A stretch of 63,585 nucleotides of DNA, filler included, from Sluysia triapertura (lineage: Eukaryota): assembly GCA_046118255.1 (NCBI GenBank). It is 5 parts of 5 records of this genome, joined end to end, with 100 filler letters (N's around TTAATTAATTAA, not from the genome) between each part and the next. Parts side by side here need not be neighbours in the genome. Positions count along the whole stretch, not along the records: positions 51,476 to 63,585 come from JBJNIA010138726.1; 4 more parts are not named here. The stretch is one strand, 5' to 3'. Below are positions 53,352-63,585 of the stretch, one piece after another; the first letter of the stretch is position 1, and every line of letters begins with the position of its first letter. The notes below the pieces were generated by a model. It was not told the origin of the DNA, made no database searches, and worked only from the letters and a program-made list of their open reading frames with translations. Both the position numbers and the translations under genes were made by a program.

Positions 53352-54690
53352 TTGGTTAACTTTTCAACCAATTAAAATTATCAGTCATATCAACTAATCA
53401 ACAACAGGATATTTTTACATACCTTCCACATTAACACTATACACTTAAGTTTTTTATTATTATTATTAATAATATATTATGTTATATTATAATTATTATA
53501 ATTATTATTGTCATGTGTTAATCAAGGCTGTGATATGTTCTGATTCACATTATCAATAAATGGGATTTTATTTTATTCCTTGTTTTAATTGGTGCTGCTT
53601 TTCGATGGATCTTGTCACCGATTCAGTAGAATTTTATAATGCGGGACCTTAGTAAGTTATTTAACTACTAGAATTACTGTGGAAATAGGGTGAAAATGTC
53701 GAAGATCATAGTGAATTAGAACATGATGATTTTCGGGATAAATTGCGACACGGTTTTCTGTAATAACGATCAAGAAATATTTAATATTGACATTACATTT
53801 CTAACTCTTATCCTGCGGCAAAATATCTTTCAGCACGGCCCGGTTACAACAAACGACTTGCAACGTATAGTTGGTGTTTCTGTAACTAATAGTAAATACT
53901 TTATCTTAATCCCGAAATGAAAAACTACAAATTCAAAAATCTCGAAAAATGTACACCATTATTAACTGATGAAGTAAAGATGAAAGATAATTGGTAGAAG
54001 ACGTTGTAATTCAACCTATAACCGCCTTTGATAAGTTATATTACCTGGGTTATACCTTCAACGTATCGAAAAACTTCATTTTCTATTAATAATAAAGTCT
54101 GAATCGATTTATTAATACTAATTTTCTTAAATAAATAAAATTAAAATAACTTACGTTACACACGGAAATCGACATCGAAATTTGCAACGATAGTTTTTCC
54201 AAATTGACCAATTCCTTTAAAATGGCGATGCTTATTAAACTGATGCTAGTTTATGTACTAGTCATCAATCAATGGGAATTTAGAACATTCTACAAGCCTC
54301 TATTCTATTTTTAGAAGCGAATTATCTTTTTTAGAAATTTTATTTTCTTTTTCAGAAAAATAAACATTTTTAAAATGATTTTAAAGACAAATAATTTTAG
54401 AGCAATTTGCAATATGCTAGAGGCTTGTAATGACAACCTAGCAGTGTTTTTAAATGATTAAATTAAACAGCAAAGAAAAATATTCTTTTTCTAAAATAAA
54501 TTAACCTTTTTATGCAGTGATGGCGAAATTATTTGACTAAAGACGACCATTTTGTGATAAAATTCAACATTTTTCAAGGATTCTGTGCAACTTTTAATCA
54601 AAAGTTGGATGATTCAAACTCTCTATGACACAATCAGAGTGAAACTTCTCAGTAGGTATCCTTCTTACAAAGGTGGTCTGGTTATCCAAT

Positions 54691-55500
54691 TGTGACGATT
54701 CTTAAAATAGAATAAAGTAGGATTTTAACGTGAGTTCACCAACGTACTAGGCTTACCACTTAGGGCTAGCTGTTGGATTTATAGATATAATTGAAAGATC
54801 TGTGTGTATATAATTAGTTTTCAAATTTTATAAGAACAATCAAATCTAGATTTGGAGGTATTTTAACAATTTTAATTATAACATAAAATCGTTTATAAAT
54901 GATTTTTCGAAAATCCTATTAAAACGATTTGTGTTGAGATGAATTATTTTACATAGTCAAAATTATACTTTGACTCAAAAACTTTACTCGTAGTGGTAAA
55001 TTTATGTATTGTGAAACTATGAAAGTTAATATTTATTCACAAATAATGAAGATATTCTTTCATATTTATCAAAATATGAAAATAAAAAAAATAATAAATT
55101 TATAAAAGTTTACAATAATTAACTTTTAGTTAATTAAATCCTTAAATAATGTAGTTTAAAAGCGGATTTCTCGAGAAACTGTTAAAAGTTTGAAGTTGTA
55201 TTAAATGTATTTTGCGTGTATTTTACGAGATACTGTATTAGTATCGAACCTTAAAATAAAATAAATTAACGTTGCAAAATTAAATTAAATTATTTGAAAA
55301 GCGAATATTGGTTAAAATCGATCTGAAGGAATATAGGACGGCGTGCAACTGTATTAAAACTTGAGAGATCTCTACAAATTCTGTATTTATCTATCGTAAA
55401 AAATTTGTGAGCTAATGTGAAAATGTGTGACTACTTATACTTGTTTCAGATCGACCTTGGTTTTCTTAAATTTAAACAATTTAAACGAATAAAAATATTA
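54691..55500 (-). mobile_element. Family B copy
   Basis: Conserved block 54727-54780, terminal TGTGAC at 54691, and similarity to 19870-20720. Confidence 0.6.
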
Positions 55501-55824
55501 AATTAAATTTAAATATTAAAATATTATACTAAACGAATAAGAATATTGAATAACACTTACATTTTTTCCTTTTAAAATTTCAAATTAATTCTAATTAATA
55601 ATAAATCAATAATAATAATTTCCAATGTTAAAAATTAAGATAAAATAAAAATAAAATTAATCATTATTTACATAAAATCAATAATAATAATAATCAACAA
55701 ATGTTCAATTTAATAATCAACACATAAAATTTTAAATTGTACATACATAAATGTAATTTTGTTCAATGATGTTCAATCATTGATGTTCAATTTAATATGT
55801 ACTTTGTACAACACTACATAATAC

Positions 55825-56186
55825 TTGAAAGGACGACTCGTCACTAAAACACACTTGACTCCAGTCATCCTCAGTTAAATGTTGGTGTTGCTTAGCTCAT
55901 GACAACCTTTTACTGATCATCCTTGACGTCAACTTAGGCTTTCTTCTGGGTCATCTCGCTCGCAAACCATTGTCTACAAGTCTTCTTCTGACTGTTCTGG
56001 CACTAACCTGAATTCCGCAAGTCTCTAACTGATTTTGCAAAGTCATACTTGTAGTTTCACCAAATATTTATCATTTCTCATTGATATTTTCTTCTTTCTG
56101 CCACATTTTCCAAACGACACTTTTTGATGGACCACCAAAGAAAAACATATTTTCCTGTTTCAGTCTAATAATTTGGCCACCACTGT
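55825..56186 (-). mobile_element. Tc1-like MITE partial copy
   Basis: Terminus AGTCTAATAATTTGGCCACCACTG-TA. Matches 378-575. Confidence 0.75.
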
Positions 56187-56699
56187 AATTGTTTGCTTCT
56201 TGATATTTCCTTTTCCATACTTATTTCAATGTGTTTGTCATTTATCTCTTAGATCTACAAACACATGATATAAGAATATTGTAAAAATAATCATAATAAT
56301 AATTGTAAAAAATGAAATAATGATGATAATAGTGTTAGGTTAAAGGCTAACAGTTTACTAAAATTTAAAGTTCAATTTAAAGTTTTAAAATTTACAACTA
56401 GACTATTATTTGTGTTAATTTTAAATATAAATCAAAAATTGGATTAATTTGTGTTTAATAAATATTTCAATTAATTATATTTTGGAAAATTTTTAAGTGA
56501 GTCTTTTTGAATATTTTTAATAATATTTAATTAATTTTTCAATTCAACATATATTTAATTAATTTTTAATGAACAATTTTTAAGGGAATATAATATTTAT
56601 TATTTTTATTAAAATTATTAAAATCTTTTGTTTAAAAAGTTATTGTGACCTTCTAATGTATATATATATAAACATTAAAATCGAATATTTTATGCCATT

Positions 56700-56756
56700 T
56701 TTTGCGACCATTTCTGTGACTACAATTTTTGCGACTACAAACTTTGCAGCCACAAT
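56700..56756. repeat. Degenerate ~15-bp tandem repeat
   Basis: TTTTTGCGACTACAA-like unit, 4 copies. Confidence 0.6.
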
Positions 56757-58419
56757 ATCGACAGGTATCTTATAGAATCATGAATTGTCTCAAGTCCGAT
56801 TTTCGTCAATAAATAATCCTTCGTCAGTGTATTCTACATCGCCAGTAATCTGATAATTCAATTCGTATTGATTATTGTTAGTTTCTTTAGAATAAGTTTT
56901 TTTTCCGTAATCTATAATATTGCATATTTAAATATATCACTTAAATTCAATTTTCAATTCACGCTACTATTTCGCAATAGCATATTAAAATCTATTATTT
57001 AAATTATTACTGGATTAATTGATTAATCCTTAATAAATTCTTATTTATTATTATACTGATTAAATTTTATTCTATGTAAAGTGTACATTTATATTTATTT
57101 TAATAAAATTACCCTAACTTTGCTTTATTTAATTCTATAATAAATGTCACAGGTTCCATTTCGAATCTTATTAAAATTATTTATTTAAAACTTAATTTAA
57201 ATATTTATCAAAGGTTCAGTTTCAGAACCTCATTAAAATCATTGTAATTTTAGGTTCAATTTAAGAACCTCATCAAAATATATTAACCAAGTTTTTAGTG
57301 CAAGCAATAAAATTATTAGGAATTGCAGCTAGGCAAATTATCATAAAGTTTATATAACCTCCATTTTCTTCAGATATTGATTCTAAAAATCCAACGGCCC
57401 TAAATGGTAAGTTCAGTGCGTTGGTGAACTCACCTTAAGATAAGTTTTATTCTATTTGCTTTTCTATGGGTACTGTAATTTCTCCATTCTTAACTGACCG
57501 AGGTACTTATATTGCTCAGCAATTGTTAAATTGACAACATTAACAATACAAAGCTTCAACAAAGAAGGAAGTATTAGAGTCACTCTTATAACATAAAGTT
57601 TCATTTTAAAAGTGATTTAAAGCTAGCATTAAACTAGTTCAAAAGTTTTTACATGTTTTTACTTCTTCCATTAAAAAATGATAAAAATTATAAAATGAAT
57701 CAATCATAGTGTTAGTGTGGAATGAATTGTATAATAAAGAGGATTGATTGAAGCTGAAATTAACTGTCACTTACAGTTTCCACAAAAAGAATTTTGAATT
57801 CTTAACGAATGAATTTATAATCTTGAAGTGGCTGGGGCGAGACTCAAAATATCTCGCTCCGAACTTATCGCATCTTGTCTGTGTATGTTTTATTGATCAA
57901 AATTAATTTCTATAATAGAATTTAATTCAGTAATTTTTTTATTGCTGTAATGGATTAATTGTTACAATGATAATTAAAGTAAAATAAAATAATTAATTGT
58001 TATTCATGAAGAAAAATTTTATTGTCATTGTTATATCAAGAAAATCAACATCAGCATTTTACATAAATCAACTAAGTTAAAGGTACTATAAATGTTTAAT
58101 TAACACTGGCTTTTATTGGCAATATACAGATTTTTCTTTAACCACTCCGACATTCGGAAAAATTCGAAGTCAAATCATTGTAAAAAATTGATCCATATAA
58201 ACAAAAAACGAAACCGTGTAATAAAGAAATAGTAGAGAAATACATATTTAGTGAGAATCCTAATTTGACTTAATTTCAATCCTAATATCCTACAGGAACG
58301 TCTCCTACTGTAAGTGAACCCACATTGTAAGTATATTAAAATCTTTTTGTAAGTAGTTTTCAAATTAAACATTGAAATATTGTTGGATATTTGGGTTTTT
58401 ACGGAATTGGTGGTGATAG

Positions 58420-58925
58420 TTTGTATTCTATTCGGCAATGTTTGTTCTTGCATTTTCACGAGTTTTGGGATTTTGTAGATCTTCTTGTCTTTGGATTGAT
58501 GTCGAGTGTATCCAGGTATCCACATACCAAGATTCCGAAGTCATAAGTTGGTACGGAAATGATGTCTTTGACGGCAATGTTATTGCTAGCAATAAAAGAG
58601 CCACATTAACTTACTGAAACAGTCTGTGGAGATATATGAGTGTTCTCCGGAATTCGCTAGGATAACGATCTAATATGTATGCTGTTCTTTCAACTGTGTT
58701 GATAACGAAGAGTGTAAAGTGGTTTCGATAGTTTATCAGTATTGCATTCCGTTGGATGTTTGACTTTTTGAAGAGTCCCATTTCAGAACGTTTCAGATAC
58801 ACATGAGGTATCGTGTAATGAGAAACATCTTTCAATTTCATCATCATACATCCGTAATTCTCTGCTGTCAGGACCGCCACTAGATACAGTTAAGCAGAAA
58901 TTTCTGCTTCTTGTTTATTTACCAT
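58420..58925 (-). pseudogene. Decayed CE-clan cysteine protease (adenain/Ulp1-like)
   Basis: ILINYRNHFTLFVINTVERTAYILD gives His ~58721 and Asp ~58670. After a frameshift comes QTVSVS*CGSF (Gln...Cys at ~58605). Confidence 0.6.
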
Positions 58926-59182
58926 TTTCTTTTTTCTGAAAATGATGCTGTTTTAAACAAGAAGTCAATTAAATTAGTAAAACTAATGTAGTACAATTTA
59001 ATTATCCAGTAAATAAATATTCAATATTCAATATTTTAAATATAAAATTATTAATTTAATATTTTTTCTTTTTCGTGGAATTTAGTATTGTGCATTTTTG
59101 TTTCTTCTTTTAAACTAATTGTCTTTACCCACTGAGCTATTACAATCAATTACACTATCATTATTCTATGGAACTTTAGGCC

Positions 59183-59330
59183 TGTAACCCACACATATGT
59201 GAGACTCATTGATTTTCACGAGAATAAAATTAAATTAAATGTGAGCTCACTAGTCTTACCAGTTAGAGCTAGCCATTGGATTTAGAAGCAAGATGAAACT
59301 TAAAGAGATTTAATATTTTTCCTCAATAGA
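59183..59330 (-). repeat. Family B 3' end
   Basis: Conserved block 59239-59283 with an internal deletion, and terminal TGTAAC at 59183. Confidence 0.6.
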
Positions 59331-60257
59331 ATTATGCGATAAGAATTTAGCTAAGATTCTAAAGATATTTTAAGATATAATTCAAGTAATATATTTTTCT
59401 TCGGTTTCTAAATTAAAAGACACCGTTTAAACTTTAGTATATTACTATGGTGCTTAAAATTAACCAGATATTAGTTGAAATGATTTTAATAAAGATTTTT
59501 CTTAGGTTTCGATTTAATCTCAAAACCGGTTAATCTTTTAATTTTATATCGTCTTATTTTAATTGAAAACGATTTTAAACAAAGTTTTATTTATAAATAA
59601 AAACTTTATTTTAAATACAATTCAATAAAAATAAAATTAATACAAATGTGACTAATATAAATCTGGATGAATGATTTTAAATAGATAATAATCTTTCAAT
59701 TATATTTTAAAGGATAGTTTGCTAAAGAGTAGCTGTAAAATGTTATAAAATTGATTTTAAGTATATTTTATGAATGCAGTGTTAAAAATTGCGTTAAAAA
59801 ATTGATATAAATTAAACTAACGAATGAAAAAAATGGAAAAGATATGGATTGTTCGTAATTTCAATTGAATGTAGAATTATGTCTACATTATGTCTACATT
59901 GAATTAAGACGATTCAAAGATTTTTAAAAAATATAAAATTTTCAAATTTTTCTTGTGTACACTGTATGAAATCTCTGTTTTATATATTATGCACATGCCT
60001 AAAATAACAAAATTTAAACAAAATTAAATATTTTAATTTTTGCATTTCTAAGGTAAACTAATTTATTATTCTTTTATGTTATATTTTATAATAATTAAAA
60101 ATATAATTTATTATTTTATTTTGCGGAAATATATTTTAGTAAACATATTTAATGCATTAATAAAGATTTGTTTGTCCTACTATTCTAATAGGAATACCTA
60201 TTATCTTATTTTGCTTCGGCCAAATAAACATCGAATTATTAGACTTCTTATGCTAAT

Positions 60258-63091
60258 TTAATAAATATTTTTCAAAATATTAAGAGTATCATAGAAATAA
60301 AATTCTTCAATGGAAGAAGATGATATCACAATGACAGTCTAAATAATTTAAACATCTATCTCAAAAAATATACTGATAATCTATTTACATAAAGCAGCAC
60401 GTTTATTTGAACAATGATTTTATAAAAATTATTCATAAAAATTAATACTTCATGTGTATGGTTAATTAATGGTTCTGTAACACACAGTTGACATAAATCA
60501 GGAGTAGATGCATTGTTGTTATGGTTACTGTATCTTTCATTCAAATAATTACACGTAGATACGTGATTAGTCATAGTATCAGCACAACCTTCAAAGTCTT
60601 CTGGTATTCTTGTCACATTGTTATTCTATTTAATACAAATTAATTATTTAATTAATTATTTAATTATATAGTAATATAAATATGAGAAAAAATTACAACA
60701 TTTAAATATATCTATTTATCTAATAGAATAATAAAATGTGTAACGTTGAATTTATTTCACACGATAACTTTAGAGGAAAGAATTATATATCTGAAAGAGC
60801 AACACTTTTGTAATATTTTTAAAATTCTCATTGTTCTCGCGGAGCCAATACAATTGAATTTTTATAAATGTTCAATAAGTTCCATCTTGATGGTTGGTTT
60901 ATGAGTAAGAACTGTTTTGGAATAACCAATAAAATAAATGTTTCTCTTATTTGGATCAGCTTTGAATATTCCAACTAATGATCATCAAATGGATTTAGTG
61001 GAGTCAATTTTTTCAATAGCAACCAATAAATACTTACAATCAACTAGAAAAATTTGAATAGAATTATTTTGCAACAGTTAGTGATTCGTAAGATGTTTAT
61101 CGAATGGTTTCGGTGAAACGTGTAAAAAATCAATAAAGATAATATTTTGATGATAGTGTTAGAATACGAAACTATTAAAAAGGGTAAACGAATTAACAGT
61201 GCTCATGTTTATTATTTATTATTTAGTTAATGATAAGGTAATAATGACTTTAAATTAAACTTTAAGTAAAAATAAAAATTACATATTGTTATTGTTTTCT
61301 TATAAAATAAACAATTGTAAACTATTATTTTTTTAAAAATAAACTTTATTGTGTTTTAATTTTCTTTATTTTTTTAAGAGATTGAAAATAGAGTTGTTAA
61401 AGTGATTAGAAGTAGATAAATATAAAGTTAAGTTGAAATTTAAAAAGAAAACGTTTTAAAGGATTCTTATAAAGTATATCGAAGAGTTTAACAAAAGGAA
61501 TCAAACAAATTTAGTTTTTTCGAATAATATTAGAGTACGTACAAGAATTCAAATAAATAAACTTTAAAGTACTAGAACTTTAATATTTGAATATTCGAGA
61601 CCAGAATTCGAATTCACACTATCAGATAAGATAAATATAATATATCTAGTATAGATAGCACTTGTAAAATAAATGAATAGAATGAGTTTATATTGATTAT
61701 AAATCATATCTTCGGATAAAATAGAATTGATATATTGATATAGAGCACAAAAATTAATAAACAATAATTTGACCTTTCGAATCTTGATAGTCTTAAAGCA
61801 TTCACTATTATTTTCTAATCATAAGGTGAAGTTATAATGAAACTACTGTTAGAGATCAAGAGCGTATTAAAGTAAGAGAGCCTTGGTCTTAGAGTGCAGT
61901 TATTTAAAATCGATATATTGAAACAAATAATTACAATTGATATTGTAAAATTAGACGAGGTCAGAAATGAAACTTCAAATTGAAAATGTCAGTGTTATTT
62001 AGATTATTACACAAACTAAAAGAACAACTCAATATTAAAATAGAGAAAATCATAAATTAATGTGTGAATATTGATTGGAATATGAGAAAGGTAAAAATAA
62101 AGTTGAAAAGAATGTTTTTATATTAAATTTTCTAAATTATCGATAATTCAGTTAATTTCGACAATGCTATAGCAACGCACTATACTGTAAAACTCTGGAG
62201 AAATACGCACTTCATCATAAATGTTTGATAGTGAGAAGGAAATGCCAGACGATAGAGATTATTATCAATTATTTTTTATTCTTGGAGAATGTCAGATTCC
62301 ACAGTTAAAAACTTGGGTCCAACATTCGGATCCTTTCCATCGCTTCAATGTTTCAATGGTGGAAGGTGGGCAAATAAGAAGTTGTATATTTTTAAAAAAG
62401 GGGGGTAGGGAATTGGTAGAAGGTGGGCAAATAAGAAGTTGTATATTTTTAAAAAAGGGGGGTAGGGAATTGGTAGAAGGTGGGAAATAAAAAAACTGTT
62501 ACAGTGACACAACGCATAAAGCTTTAATAAAAATTCGAAATCAGTAACCATGGCATGATTGATATTGTTACTAAAAATAGTTGACGTTGTTTGATTGGCT
62601 ACATGTGTTGGAGTACCAGTAATTAATGTGTTAAATCGATCATAATCGTTAGTACTTGCAACTGATGCAATAAAATGGTTTCCAGATGAAAAAAGGTTGT
62701 CGTTGTTATAGCAACTATTACCAATCATCAAATCAGAATTATTTTGATTTAGAGATTGATACATAAGTTGCTGTTGGTGATGATGATTCTGGTTTAGTTG
62801 TTGTTGCTGTTGCTGATGGTGGTGATGACGTCGTCGCAGACAAATAGAAATAAAAAGTAGTGCAATACAAAGAAGACAACTTAGAGAAGAAGTGACAACA
62901 ATCAAAAGAACATTGGTATGGTAACTGGACGTTGTTATGGAATTAGAAGATGAAGGCAATTGGTTGGAAGAAATCGAATCGAATTGCGATGATTTAATGC
63001 GTTGTTTATTGGAATACGAAATTGTGGTGGCTGAAAAAATGTTTACCGTAAGTTGTAGATCATCTGTACACTTCTGACCCGAATCACAAGC
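60258..63091 (-). CDS. 3' part of a single-pass membrane protein, probably protocadherin; exons 63091-62549, 60625-60449, probably 60338-60258
   Basis: The exon starts ACDSGQKCTDDLQLTVNI (cadherin-repeat end A.D.G....V.I), followed by a TM segment VLLIVVTSSLSCLLCIALLFISICL-RRR and an H/Q/N-rich tail. Phase-0 GT-AG junctions are consistent. Confidence 0.65.
62357..62487. repeat. 57-bp tandem duplication (~2.3 copies), G-rich, intronic
   Basis: TGGT(G/A)GAAGGTGGGCAAATAAGAAGTTGTATATTTTTAAAAAAGGGGGGTAGGGAAT repeated. Confidence 0.95.
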
Positions 63092-63585
63092 CTAATTAAA
63101 AATCAATTTTCAAATGATAACATTTATTATTAATGTATTATCATTTCAAATTAAATTTGCGTAAAATTTGTTTACAAAAAAAACCAAAATTTTAAAACTT
63201 TTGTCATTCACGAACAACATGCATGTTCGAATATCCCGCATGATTAAATTTTTTGAGTTATCATTACTTTTACTTACATTGAGAAATATTCTAACATAGT
63301 TATTCATAAATAAATGAATTAATTAAATCTCTCATTTTCTTAAACATGATATTTCCTAACTTAATCCTTTCTACAGTACATCGAACAAACAATTCATATT
63401 TCTATAAAGTTTTCTAATTTTTCTAATCAATTCAATTAGCGTTTATTTCATACATCGTCTTTTATGTACTTTAAACCTTTAAAAAGTATAAGTTCCTTAG
63501 GAATCAATACCCGATCCATTATTGTTTATAATGTATATAATGATGTTTCAAGTGTAATCGAATCATATGGTTTTAAATACCACAT

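Noticed and set aside
53640-54070. Coding-like stretch downstream of G-alpha-i
   Set aside because: Multiple stops in all frames and no recognisable motif, so it cannot be assigned.
62221-62490. 89-aa plus-strand ORF with repeated peptide
   Set aside because: Produced by the 57-bp tandem duplication within an intron of the opposite-strand gene.

Overview
Very AT-rich, intron-containing animal DNA. It looks planarian or flatworm-like, but that is an inference. The window is five pieces joined by artificial 100-nt spacers (N44-TTAATTAATTAA-N44), plus one ordinary N gap. Recognisable host genes are a 4-exon YY1/Pho zinc-finger gene, an intronless GTP cyclohydrolase I, the last two exons of a G-alpha-i gene, the 3' exons of a probable protocadherin, a 659-aa intronless protein with degenerate ankyrin-like repeats, a Q/N-rich two-exon gene and an orphan terminal exon ending in a PDZ-type motif. 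The rest is a dense landscape of Tc1/mariner elements, MITEs, tRNA-derived repeats, LINE fragments and several unclassified TGT...ACA-bounded repeat families carrying decayed ORFs. The most striking observation is a ~1.57-kb segment (47490-49059) bounded by TGTTGGGATT/AATCCCAACA inverted termini. It carries, head to tail on one strand, fragments resembling four unrelated host genes (CEP120, DLG1 L27 domain, PPP1R42, a REV1-like BRCT domain), making it a candidate Pack-type gene-capturing transposon. Other highlights are an array of covarying bulged hairpins (33742-34115), a five-copy decayed ORF family with a conserved C-terminal peptide/hairpin, two related decayed genes with a shared palindromic promoter, and a decayed CE-clan (adenain/Ulp1-like) protease. 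All homology calls are from manual translation and remembered family motifs; no searches were run.
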